Positions 1 to 8,705 of a stretch of DNA of 64,000 bases are shown in pieces. The stretch's first letter is position 1; each line of letters starts with the position of its first letter. Made by a program: the position numbers and the translations under genes. Under the pieces are notes generated by a model that was not told the origin of the DNA, searched no databases, and saw only the letters and a program-made list of their open reading frames with translations. Source of the stretch: Clostridia bacterium (GTDB lineage: Bacteria > Bacillota > SHA-98 > UBA4971); assembly GCA_050261175.1 (NCBI GenBank), contig JBLNDA010000018.1, positions 21,510-85,509 of the forward strand, written 5' to 3'.

Positions 1-1178
1 CCAAGGAGGAACTCGCGAAGCTGCATGCGGAGCAAAGGGCCGAGCTTCAGCGGATATCGGGGTTGTCTTCGGAGGAAGCGAAAGCGCTCCTCTTGAGGGA
101 CATCGAGAACGAGATGCGCCACGAGGCCGCGGTCATGATAAGAGACATCGAGGCGCAGGCGAAAGAAGAAGCCGACAGGCGTGCCCGGGAGATCGTGGCA
201 GCCGCGATCCAGCGGTGCGCCGCGGATCACGTGGCCGAGACCAGCGTGTCGGTGGTGTCTCTTCCCAACGATGAGATGAAGGGCAGGATCATCGGACGCG
301 AGGGCAGGAACATCAGAGCCCTTGAGACGCTGACCGGAATCGACCTCATAATCGATGACACTCCTGAGGCTGTCATCCTGTCTGGTTTCGACCCCGTGCG
401 GCGTGAGATTGCCAAGGTGGCCTTGGAGAAACTCATTTCCGACGGGCGGATCCATCCGGCGCGCATCGAGGAGATGGTGGAGAAAGCCCAGAAGGAAGTG
501 GAAGCCGTCATCAAGGAGGAGGGAGAGAGCGCCGCCATCGAGGCGGGTGTGCACGGTCTCCATCCCGAACTCATACGTCTCTTGGGGAGGCTGAAGTTCA
601 GGTCCAGCTTCGGCCAGAATGTGCTGAAACACTCTCTCGAGGTCGCGCACCTGGCGGCCGGCATGGCCGCTGAGCTCGGTGCGAACATCGCGGTGGCGAA
701 GCGGGCGGGTTTGCTCCATGACATCGGCAAGGCCGTCGACCATGAGGTCGAAGGTCCCCATGTCCAGATAGGGGTGGACCTGGCGCGCAAGTACAGGGAG
801 TCTTCAGAGGTCATCCATGCCATCGCCACGCACCACGGGGACGAGGAGCCGAAGACCATCGAGGCCGTCCTGGTACAGGCGGCGGACGCGATTTCGGCGG
901 CCCGGCCGGGTGCGAGGCGCGAGACGCTGGAGGCGTACATCAAACGCCTGACGAAGCTGGAAGAGGTCGCTGATTCCTTCGACGGTGTGGAGAAGGCGTA
1001 TGCGATCCAGGCGGGCCGCGAGATCAGGATAATGGTGAAGCCCGAGAAGATAGATGACCTGGCTGCGGTCCGGCTTGCGCGCGACATCGTGAAAAAGATC
1101 GAGGAAGAGCTCGAGTACCCGGGCCAAATCAAGGTCACCGTCATCCGCGAGACGCGGGTGATCGATTACGCGAAGTGA
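1..1178 (+). CDS. rny: Ribonuclease Y, C-terminal ~390 aa (5' end lies upstream of the window)
   Basis: The frame of ORF 63..1178 stays open back to base 3. It has a KH-type motif [15 protein letters not shown] and HD-domain motifs [12 protein letters not shown] and ATHHGDEEP. It is followed by ymdB and spoVS, as in the Bacillus rny-ymdB-spoVS arrangement. Confidence 0.93.
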   Translation, partial: KEELAKLHAEQRAELQRISGLSSEEAKALLLRDIENEMRHEAAVMIRDIEAQAKEEADRRAREIVAAAIQRCAADHVAETSVSVVSLPNDEMKGRIIGREGRNIRALETLTGIDLIIDDTPEAVILSGFDPVRREIAKVALEKLISDGRIHPARIEEMVEKAQKEVEAVIKEEGESAAIEAGVHGLHPELIRLLGRLKFRSSFGQNVLKHSLEVAHLAAGMAAELGANIAVAKRAGLLHDIGKAVDHEVEGPHVQIGVDLARKYRESSEVIHAIATHHGDEEPKTIEAVLVQAADAISAARPGARRETLEAYIKRLTKLEEVADSFDGVEKAYAIQAGREIRIMVKPEKIDDLAAVRLARDIVKKIEEELEYPGQIKVTVIRETRVIDYAK

Positions 1179-1298
1179 CGCAGAGGCCGAGGGATGCAGG
1201 CAGGGTGGGAGCGTCCCGCCCTGCCATATCCTTCTGAAAGAGCCTCAAGCAGGAGTCTGGTCGCGGGCAGAGAATCCTGTTGTAGGTGTTGAGGGAAG

Positions 1299-1877
1299 GT
1301 GGTCAAAGTGGCAGGGCGTGTTCGTGAGTCTCGCGGGGTCGACGACAGCACCGCGAATAGCGTAAGCCTTCTCATCTCCATACTCGTGCGGTACCCTGAG
1401 ATAGCTACGGTGAACTTCGTCCCTCAGGGGAAGGTGCTGAAGTTCACGTTCATGGTGTCGAGGCCGCTTTCGGAAGATGTGTGGAAGGCGTTCCACGACG
1501 GCTTGCGCGAAAACGTCCAAGGGTATGCGGCGCTCGTCCACGGCATGTCCCCCATGCTGCAGGTGGAACGGCGGGACTACGAGGGGGTGTCTCTGATCGA
1601 GATCTCCAGAGACGCCGCCACTCTGACCCAGGAGGAGATATCGCTCATAATCGAGTTCGCCAGGGGACGGCTCGGGCCGTCGCTCGTGACCGAGGGTGTG
1701 GTTGACGAGGCGGCCTTCGACGAAGATCTCGTGTTCCAGGACGAGATGATCGAGAATATGCTCGAAGACCTCAAGGAGACCATACAACACAGAAAGCTCA
1801 TCGGTTTCCGGGATGACGGGCGCGTGCTCGTCTTCAACAAGCAGGCAGAGAAGCGGAGCGAGCGCACGAGATCATGA
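1299..1877 (+). CDS. Hypothetical protein (no motif recognised), inserted between rny and ymdB
   Basis: This 192-aa ORF has an acidic, Leu/Glu/Val-rich composition, not the Arg/Pro/Ala bias of spurious ORFs. GGAAGGTGG sits just upstream of an in-frame GTG at 1308, so the start may be 1308. Its stop overlaps the ymdB ATG (ATGA at 1874-1877). Confidence 0.55.
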   Translation: MVKVAGRVRESRGVDDSTANSVSLLISILVRYPEIATVNFVPQGKVLKFTFMVSRPLSEDVWKAFHDGLRENVQGYAALVHGMSPMLQVERRDYEGVSLIEISRDAATLTQEEISLIIEFARGRLGPSLVTEGVVDEAAFDEDLVFQDEMIENMLEDLKETIQHRKLIGFRDDGRVLVFNKQAEKRSERTRS

Positions 1878-2665
1878 TCCTGCGGATTCTCTTCATCGGC
1901 GATATCGTGGGGAAGCCAGGGCGCAGGGCCTGCCAGGCTCTGCTCCCAGGTATTGCCCAGAAGTTGCGCGCGGATGCGGTGATCGCCAACGGGGAGAACG
2001 CCGCGGGCGGCTTCGGCCTGACTGCGGACACGTCAGAGGAGATTCTCGGCTGCGGCGTACACGTCATCACCACCGGTAACCACGTATGGAACAAGAAGGA
2101 GTTCTACCAGATTCTGGACACTAGTGGGCGGGTGCTCCGGCCGGCCAACTACCCCCCTGGGGCCCCGGGCAGGGGCGCGACGGTGGTTCAGCTTCCGGGG
2201 GGATTGCGCCTATGTGTCGTGAACCTTGCCGGTCGGGTCTTCATGACGCCCGTGGATTGTCCGTTCCGGACGGCTGACAGGATCCTCGAAGAGCTGTCCC
2301 CGAGCTGTGACCTTTTCGTGGTGGATTTCCATGCCGAGGCAACCTCAGAGAAAGTAGCGCTGGGCTGGTATCTTGACGGCCGGGTCGCATGCGTCGTTGG
2401 CACCCACACGCACGTCCAGACGGCCGATGAAAGGATCCTGCCAGGCGGGACCGCGTACATTACGGACCTTGGAATGACAGGCCCCGTTGACTCGGTGATC
2501 GGGGTGCGAAAAGACATCATCGTCCAGCGGTTCCTTACCGGGCTGCCTGCGAAGTTCGAGACCGCGCCGGGTCCCGCGCAGATCTCCGGGGCCTTGGTGA
2601 CGGTCGACGCGACCACGGGGAAGGCCAAGGACATCGAAAGGGTGCTCGTCGTGGAAAACGTATGA
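1874..2665 (+). CDS. ymdB: YmdB-type metallophosphoesterase (2',3'-cyclic-nucleotide 2'-phosphodiesterase family)
   Basis: The N-terminus ILFIGDIVGKPGR plus NGENAAGGFG, GNHVWN, DFHAEATSEK and GTHTHVQTADE are the calcineurin-like motifs of the YmdB family. The gene is syntenic with rny and spoVS. Confidence 0.9.
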   Translation: MILRILFIGDIVGKPGRRACQALLPGIAQKLRADAVIANGENAAGGFGLTADTSEEILGCGVHVITTGNHVWNKKEFYQILDTSGRVLRPANYPPGAPGRGATVVQLPGGLRLCVVNLAGRVFMTPVDCPFRTADRILEELSPSCDLFVVDFHAEATSEKVALGWYLDGRVACVVGTHTHVQTADERILPGGTAYITDLGMTGPVDSVIGVRKDIIVQRFLTGLPAKFETAPGPAQISGALVTVDATTGKAKDIERVLVVENV

Positions 2666-2681
2666 TCTCGGGGGCTCGCCG

Positions 2682-2711
2682 GGCCGCGCACACGCGCGGC
2701 CTCTCTTTTTT
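2682..2711 (+). terminator. Rho-independent terminator after ymdB
   Basis: GGCCGCGC-acac-GCGCGGCC forms a perfect 8-bp GC stem followed by TCTCTTTTTT. Confidence 0.8.
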
Positions 2712-2729
2712 CAAGATATGAACATGCGG

Positions 2730-2759
2730 TTAGCAGGATTTTGGCTGTGGGCATATAAC
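2730..2759 (+). promoter_or_regulatory. Candidate sigmaA-type promoter for spoVS
   Basis: TTAGCA-N18-TATAAC lies about 50 nt upstream of the spoVS ATG. An AGGATTT element overlaps it and could instead be a sigmaH -35, but no GAAT -10 is present. Confidence 0.3.
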
Positions 2760-2807
2760 TATGAAGTTGGCAGCAGGTAGTCCCCACCATGTTAGGAGGA
2801 ATTATAC

Positions 2808-3068
2808 ATGGAGGTTCTCAAGGTGTCCTCGAAGTCGAATCCAAACTCAGTTGCGGGTGCCCTGGCCGGTGTGCTGAGGGAGCGCGGTTTCGCTGAAGTG
2901 CAGGCGATAGGGGCGGCGGCGCTCAACCAGGCAGTGAAAGCCGTCGCCATAGCGCGGGGCTTCGTGGCGCCGAGCGGCATGGACCTGGTCATGATACCTG
3001 CTTTCGCTGACGTCGAGATCGACGGCGAGGAGCGCACCGCAATCAAGCTCATAGTGCAGCCCAGGTAA
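2808..3068 (+). CDS. spoVS: Stage V sporulation protein S
   Basis: The 86-aa product MEVLKVSSKSNPNSVAGALAGVLRE...AIGAAALNQAVKAVAIARGF matches SpoVS over its full length. The SD is AGGAGGA. Confidence 0.95.
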   Translation: MEVLKVSSKSNPNSVAGALAGVLRERGFAEVQAIGAAALNQAVKAVAIARGFVAPSGMDLVMIPAFADVEIDGEERTAIKLIVQPR

Positions 3069-3226
3069 GGGGCTACCGGGGCGCCGTGATGCTGTCCAAA
3101 TCGAAGAGCGTCCATGGCCGCAGCTGCTAGAAGCGGATATAATTACATGAAGGTATTGCCCTCGAGCGGTCGAACTTTCTTTGCGACAGGTGAGGAGGTG
3201 AAGAACGGAATAGAGGTGTCGCGCAA

Positions 3227-3769
3227 GTGATCGAAGGAGCAAAGACGGTACTTCGCCCGCTGGGCGAGAAGGACCTCGAGATTGTCTGCGGATGGGACTC
3301 GGACTACTACGTTGCAGCAGTGCCTGGACCAAGCGATGACCGGCACCTCGATGAACGAAGGGACTACGGAAGGGTCCTGCGGTCCCGGACGGCAAGGGTG
3401 TTCGCCATCGAAACCCGCGACGGCTTGCTCATCGGAGAAATCGGCCTCGTAGAGATAAGTTGGCGCAAGCGCGAGGCCGAGCTCGTCGTGAGAATCGGTG
3501 ACGACCGGTACAGAGGCAAGGGCCTCGGCCAAGATGCCGTCAGCTGTCTGCTCGAGTACGCTTTCACCAACACCAAGCTGGCCCGGGTTTATCTACGTGT
3601 GTTCAATGAGAACGTCCCCGCCGTCAGGTGTTTTCTGAAGTGCGGCTTCCGCAAGCAGTGGGTGACGACCAGGAAGCTCGAGGCGGGGGAGCCCCCGAGG
3701 AAGGTCATCTTGATGACCATTGAACGAGAAGATTTCTTACGGGGCGCTCGGCGCCGGGCGGCGTCGTAG
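3227..3769 (+). CDS. GNAT-family N-acetyltransferase (RimJ/RimL-like)
   Basis: The 180-aa product shows the acetyl-CoA-binding pattern RIGDDRYRGKGLGQDAV and the C-terminal NxxAxRCFLKCGF typical of GNAT. Confidence 0.8.
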   Translation: MIEGAKTVLRPLGEKDLEIVCGWDSDYYVAAVPGPSDDRHLDERRDYGRVLRSRTARVFAIETRDGLLIGEIGLVEISWRKREAELVVRIGDDRYRGKGLGQDAVSCLLEYAFTNTKLARVYLRVFNENVPAVRCFLKCGFRKQWVTTRKLEAGEPPRKVILMTIEREDFLRGARRRAAS

Positions 3770-4163
3770 GTTCTTGCGTGCGTCGAGAGGAACCTGCCAC
3801 CTCTGGGCAGGACGAACATGGACACGGTTTCAAGTTTCAAGTCGTGGCGGCCCTGGAAGCGCGTGCCGGGGCCGCTTTCCCAACTCAAAGCCGGCCTGCC
3901 TCCACGCGGCCTCCCCATGTCAAACGTTCCATGCCGCCTCCAAGTACCTTTCTCACGAGATACTGTGAGGTCCCATCCTCCCACCGAACCGCCGCTCCCA
4001 TCCTTCCCTGGCGTTGGGCGTGAGCCAGGCGGTTCTCTTTCGACTCCCGGAGTGCCGCGCTGACGGCGGCGCGGGGAAGGCGACGAACAGCGTCATTTCG
4101 CGGAAAAAGTTGTTTCGAGGAGAAGGAATTACGGCGGCGATATAGAAAAGAAATGTTACCAAT

Positions 4164-4190
4164 GTGGGGAAAAGTGGGGAGAAGTGGTGG
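4164..4190 (+). promoter_or_regulatory. Three 10-bp-phased direct repeats (GTGGGGA aaa GTGGGGA gaa GTGGTGG); candidate MraZ operator
   Basis: The repeats are seen directly at 4164, 4174 and 4184. GTGGG-type triple repeats with 10-bp phasing upstream of mraZ are the described MraZ binding-site architecture. Here the third repeat coincides with the mraZ GTG start and the second supplies the SD-like GGGGAG. Confidence 0.4.
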
Positions 4191-4645
4191 AAACAGCGCC
4201 CCCAGTTTTCATCGGAACCTACGACCATGCTGTGGATGACAAGGGCCGCCTCGCGATCCCGGCGAGGTTCAGGGACGGCCTCGGTCAGCGATTCTATGCC
4301 ACCAAGGGCCTTGACAAGTGCCTGTTCCTCTTCCCCGAGTCGGAGTGGCGGGCTCAACAGGCCCAGCTAGCGTCGCTTCCTCTCACGATGCGCGACGCGA
4401 GGGCATACAGCAGGTTGTTCTTCGCGGGGGCATGCGAGTGTGAACTCGACAAACAAGGGCGCATAAACATCCCGCCGTACCTGCGCGAGTATGCAGGAAT
4501 CTCGAGAGACGTGGTCGTCATCGGCGTGATGAGCCGCGTGGAGGTGTGGAGCCGGGAGGTGTGGCTCGAGTACTCCTCCAAAGCGGAGGAATCCTATGAA
4601 GAGATAGCCGAGAAGCTCATTTCCGGTGGTGGCGCTCGAGAATGA
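4184..4645 (+). CDS. mraZ: Transcriptional regulator MraZ
   Basis: FIGTYDHAVDDKGRLAIPARFR and a second half, DKQGRINIPPYLREYAGI, form the duplicated SpoVT/AbrB-like MraZ fold. It is the first gene of the dcw cluster, and its stop overlaps the rsmH start (ATGA). Confidence 0.93.
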   Translation: MVETAPPVFIGTYDHAVDDKGRLAIPARFRDGLGQRFYATKGLDKCLFLFPESEWRAQQAQLASLPLTMRDARAYSRLFFAGACECELDKQGRINIPPYLREYAGISRDVVVIGVMSRVEVWSREVWLEYSSKAEESYEEIAEKLISGGGARE

Positions 4646-5559
4646 CTCCAGAAAGCCCGCAGGAGACGGGCGAGCGCAGAGTGTATCACGTCCCGGTCAT
4701 GAGGGATGAGGTGCTGTGGATGTTGCGACCCAGGCCAGGGGGGACATACCTTGACTGCACGGTGGGCGGCGGAGGTCATGCCGCAGCCGTGCTCGAGCAC
4801 GCCGGGCGGGGCGCGTTTCTCGTGGGGATAGACAGGGATCCGCAGGCAATCGAATCCGCAGGGCGGAGGCTGGACCCCTTCTCTGGAGCGTTCAGGCTCG
4901 TGCAAGGCAGTTTCGCCGATCTCGCCGGTATACTGGCGGGTCTCGGGATAAGACAGGTCGATGGGGTCCTCTTCGACCTTGGAGTGTCAGGCCATCAGTT
5001 CGACGACGCAACGCGGGGCTTCTCATACATGAGCGACGGTCCCCTTGACATGCGGATGGACCCCGGTGTGGGTCCCTCGGCCCGCGACCTCGTCAACACG
5101 CTGCCAGCAGAAGAACTCGCCAGGATTCTGCGGGAGTATGGGGAGGAACGGTGGGCGTCCCGGATCGCCCGGTTCATAGTGGACAGAAGGACACGCGGTC
5201 CCATCACCACCACGGCAGATCTCGTGGACGTAATCAAGCAGGCGATACCCGCGGCGGCCAGGAGATCCGGACCACATCCCGCGAGGCGGACTTTCCAGGC
5301 CTTGCGCATCGCGGTGAACGACGAACTTGGAAGCCTCGCCAGGGGTCTTGACCAAGCGGTGAAGGCTGTAGGGCCGGGAGGAAGGGTAGTGGTGATAGCG
5401 TTTCACTCTCTAGAAGACCGCATGGTGAAGCGGAAGTTCTCCGAAAGCAGGGAGCACCTGCGCACGATCACGGTACGGCCCCTAACCCCATGCGACGAAG
5501 AGTTGAGGGCGAACCCGCGGTCACGAAGCGCCAGACTGCGTGCGGCGGAGAGGTTCTAA
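4642..5559 (+). CDS. rsmH: 16S rRNA (cytosine1402-N4)-methyltransferase RsmH/MraW
   Basis: YHVPVMRDEVL, DCTVGGGGH, DLGVSGHQFD and FHSLEDRMVK are RsmH signature blocks. The gene occupies the dcw position. Confidence 0.93.
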   Translation: MTPESPQETGERRVYHVPVMRDEVLWMLRPRPGGTYLDCTVGGGGHAAAVLEHAGRGAFLVGIDRDPQAIESAGRRLDPFSGAFRLVQGSFADLAGILAGLGIRQVDGVLFDLGVSGHQFDDATRGFSYMSDGPLDMRMDPGVGPSARDLVNTLPAEELARILREYGEERWASRIARFIVDRRTRGPITTTADLVDVIKQAIPAAARRSGPHPARRTFQALRIAVNDELGSLARGLDQAVKAVGPGGRVVVIAFHSLEDRMVKRKFSESREHLRTITVRPLTPCDEELRANPRSRSARLRAAERF

Positions 5560-5582
5560 GGGCGTTGGAGGGGGAATAGAGT

Positions 5583-6206
5583 ATGGTACTGGCCGAAGCC
5601 AGGCCCACGGTGCGGCGAGAGAGAAGCAGCGAGAGAACCAGCGCAAGTCTAGCCAGCGCAAATCTGCGGTGCGCCAGGCGGCGGGCTGCTACCCAGCCAC
5701 GACGACCCGAAACCGTGGTAGGGGTTCGTGTGACGAGAACCGCCCCTGCAAAGAAGGCCAACTTCGGAAGGCTCACGTTCGTAGCCGTCGTCGTGACGGG
5801 GCTTCTCCTCGGAAACCTCGGCTTGCGCGCCAGGGTCATAAAGTGCGGGTACACACTCAGCAGGCTCGAGGAGGCATTGGCAGCGACACAAACGGAATAC
5901 GACAGACTGAGCCTCGCCATCGCGAACCTCCAGTCGCTTGAGAGGGTCGAGGAAGCCGCCAGAGCGCGCCTGGGCATGGTGGATCCCACCTCCGCCGAGT
6001 TCGTGGTTCTCGCGCCGGGCGGGCCCGGCCAAGCCGCTGCCGCGGGCACCGGGAACGAGCCTTCGTCCGCACCGTCGCGGCTCGAGAGAGGCTTCGCCAC
6101 CCGAACCGGCAACGTCCTGATAGGCTTGGTGTCTCCTTTCGTCGCGCGCTGGTTCTATGACGTGCCGGATCAGGACCACCCGAGGGTGCGCGTGGCGGCA
6201 AGATAG
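5583..6206 (+). CDS. ftsL: Cell division protein FtsL-like (single TM + coiled coil)
   Basis: It sits between rsmH and the PBP gene. It has a basic N-terminus, a TM segment LTFVAVVVTGLLLGNLGL, a coiled-coil region and the LERVEEAARARLGMV motif typical of FtsL. The SD GGAGGGGG is 8 nt upstream. Confidence 0.75.
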   Translation: MVLAEARPTVRRERSSERTSASLASANLRCARRRAATQPRRPETVVGVRVTRTAPAKKANFGRLTFVAVVVTGLLLGNLGLRARVIKCGYTLSRLEEALAATQTEYDRLSLAIANLQSLERVEEAARARLGMVDPTSAEFVVLAPGGPGQAAAAGTGNEPSSAPSRLERGFATRTGNVLIGLVSPFVARWFYDVPDQDHPRVRVAAR

Positions 6207-6330
6207 GGGACGTGGGCGCGCGTCGCGCCGTTTGGTGCGGCGACCCCGCGCCATGTCGCGGGGCGGCTGGGCCGGGACGAGGCCCGGCCGGGCACGGCAG
6301 GGTAGGGCAACGTAAGGCGAGGTAGGATCC

Positions 6331-8478
6331 GTGTCAGTGTACTCGGGCGTCACCATCAAGAAGAGGGTAGCCTGGCTTTTTATTATGTGGGGGGCTGTCA
6401 GCCTCCTCCTCATGTTGCGCCTTTCATGGCTTCAGGTCATCCAGGGTGACCGTTTCCGCAAGCTTGCCCTGGATCAGCGGCTGTACCCTGTGCCTGTGGA
6501 CGCGAGGAGAGGGACCATCCGCGACCGAAACGGGCGCGAGCTCGCGGTGAGCGTGAGCGCCGATTCCATCTACGCCGTGCCGGTGGAGGTGGAAGATCCC
6601 GCTGGGACCGCGGACACCCTCGCGCGCATACTGGAACAAGACCCGGTGTCCATTCGCAACAAACTCACGCAGAAGGCCGCGACAGTCTGGATAGACCGCA
6701 GAGTGGACCCTGACAAGGCGGCGGCCATAAGGAAGCTCAACCTCCCCGGCATAGGCTTCACCGAGCGAGGGCAGAGGTTCTACCCCAAGGACAGGTTGGC
6801 CGCGCATATCCTGGGCATCGCTGGCATTGACAACCAGGGTCTGGAGGGGGTCGAGGTCCAGTATGATTCATACCTTCGGGGCACGCGTGGCCAGATCGTC
6901 TCGGAACGCGACGCCACGGGTAAGGAGATCCCCGGGGGCGTGAGCAAGTTCATCCCACCCGTCGACGGAAACGACCTGTACCTCACCATCGACGAGGTCA
7001 TCCAGTACATTGTCGAACGCGAGCTCGATCGCGGGATGGCGGAAACGCGGGCAAGGCGCGGGATGATCCTGGCAATGGATCCCAAGACCGGCGCCGTGCT
7101 GGCGATGGCGGCCCGGCCCACGTACAACCCCAACCGCTATTACGAATACCCGGAGGCGGCCCGGCGGAACATCGTCGTGTCCGACGCGTATGAGCCGGGT
7201 TCGACTTTCAAGATAGTCACAGCGGCGGCCGCCATGGAGGAGGGCCTTGTGAAGCCTTCCGACACGTTCTTCGACCCGGGTTTCATCCGCGTCGAGGACC
7301 GGTACGTGAGGTGCTGGCTCGCCGGCGGCCACGGGAGCCAGACCTTCACCGAGGCGACAGAGAACTCGTGCAACGTTGTCTTCGCCACCCTCGGGATGCG
7401 CCTTGGCCCGGAGCGGTTCTACAAGTACATTCGGGCGTTCGGATTCGGCAGCCCCCTTGGGATCGACTACCCCGGAGAGGCGAGCGGCCTCCTTCAGCCG
7501 GAGAAGAACGTCGGCCTGGTGGAGATAGCTAACATCTCGTTCGGTCAGGGCGTATCCGTCACACCGGTGCAGCTTCTCTCCGCTCTCAATACGATAGCCA
7601 ACGGCGGCACTCTGATGCGGCCGCGGCTCGTCTCAAAAGTGGTGGCGCCCGACGGAAGCCTGGTAACTCAGTATGCGCCTGAGCCGCTCCGTCAGGTCAT
7701 CAGCAAGGAGACCGCCAAGGAACTCTCACTCATCCTCGAATCCGTGGTGGTGAACGGCTCAGGCTACAGGGCAAGGATACCGGGATACCGTGTCGCGGGC
7801 AAGACTGGGACCGCCGAAAAGCCGGAGGCGGGCAGGTACGGCGCGAAACGGGTGGCCTCGTTCCTCGGCTTCGCGCCGGTGGAAGACCCGAAGATATCGG
7901 TGCTGGTGGTGTGGGACGAGCCCAACGTAGGAATAAGCTATGGCGGCGTGCTCGCGGCACCGACCTTCCAGGCGATCGTTCGCGACGCGCTCCGGTACAT
8001 GGAAGTGCCGCCCACGGCTCCAGCGGGAGCTGGGAGTTCCGGGGAAGGGGCAGGGCAGCCGGAACTCGTGGCCGTGCCCGACGTGGTGGGGCGCACCGCC
8101 GCGGACGCCGCTAAGGCGCTCACGTCGGATTTCGGGCTCCAGGCGCGGATGAGGGGGTCGGGCGACATGGTCCGCGACCAGACGCCGCGGCCCGGGGCGC
8201 GCGTGCCCCGGGGCACCACCGTCGTGCTTTACTTGGATATGGGCGAACTCTATAATGAAGTGGGCGAAGACGTGGCAGTCCCGAACCTCGCTGGTAGGAC
8301 CATGAAAGACGCCGCGTTCCTTCTCAGCGAGGCCGGCCTCAGGCTGCAGGCCGAAGGCACGGGAATCGCGACGTGGCAAGATCCAAAGCCGGGAACGCGG
8401 ATTCCCAGAGGATCTATCGTGGTGGTGAGGTTTGCGCCGCCGTCGGGCGAGTCAACAGGCAGCCTTCGGGAGCCCTAG
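6331..8478 (+). CDS. ftsI: Class B penicillin-binding protein (PBP2B/FtsI/SpoVD type) with two C-terminal PASTA domains
   Basis: It has an N-terminal TM segment and dimerisation domain, the transpeptidase motifs STFK (GSTFKIVTAAAA), SCN (ENSCNV) and KTGTA, and two PASTA repeats (VPDVVGRT... and VPNLAGRT...). Confidence 0.92.
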   Translation: MSVYSGVTIKKRVAWLFIMWGAVSLLLMLRLSWLQVIQGDRFRKLALDQRLYPVPVDARRGTIRDRNGRELAVSVSADSIYAVPVEVEDPAGTADTLARILEQDPVSIRNKLTQKAATVWIDRRVDPDKAAAIRKLNLPGIGFTERGQRFYPKDRLAAHILGIAGIDNQGLEGVEVQYDSYLRGTRGQIVSERDATGKEIPGGVSKFIPPVDGNDLYLTIDEVIQYIVERELDRGMAETRARRGMILAMDPKTGAVLAMAARPTYNPNRYYEYPEAARRNIVVSDAYEPGSTFKIVTAAAAMEEGLVKPSDTFFDPGFIRVEDRYVRCWLAGGHGSQTFTEATENSCNVVFATLGMRLGPERFYKYIRAFGFGSPLGIDYPGEASGLLQPEKNVGLVEIANISFGQGVSVTPVQLLSALNTIANGGTLMRPRLVSKVVAPDGSLVTQYAPEPLRQVISKETAKELSLILESVVVNGSGYRARIPGYRVAGKTGTAEKPEAGRYGAKRVASFLGFAPVEDPKISVLVVWDEPNVGISYGGVLAAPTFQAIVRDALRYMEVPPTAPAGAGSSGEGAGQPELVAVPDVVGRTAADAAKALTSDFGLQARMRGSGDMVRDQTPRPGARVPRGTTVVLYLDMGELYNEVGEDVAVPNLAGRTMKDAAFLLSEAGLRLQAEGTGIATWQDPKPGTRIPRGSIVVVRFAPPSGESTGSLREP

Positions 8479-8705
8479 CCTTAATCTGTCATAACAGCCA
8501 ATTGCAGGAGACATAATGGTACTGGCGTATCCGTGCTCATCGTCGTCCGCAGCCAGGATACAGATGGAAACCTGAGCAGCCGCCCCGGCGCGCGCCTGCA
8601 GGCTGGTACCAGTGGAGGGCCTGCCAGTGGCCGGCCGGCTTGGATTCGTCGCGGGCGGTTGTGCTGCCGGGCATTCCGGCAGCGGCTAGGAGGGCAAACA
8701 CACAA

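Noticed and set aside
3770-4163. Possible gene or sRNA in the 400-bp GNAT-mraZ spacer (track ORFs 3720..3968, 3778..4023, 3818..4063 and 3953..4357)
   Set aside because: The ORFs overlap each other in three frames with Pro/Arg/Ser-rich translations and no SD. Only weak features were seen: a 6-bp hairpin after the GNAT stop and a GTTTCAA x2 repeat. This is most simply a long dcw leader or promoter region.
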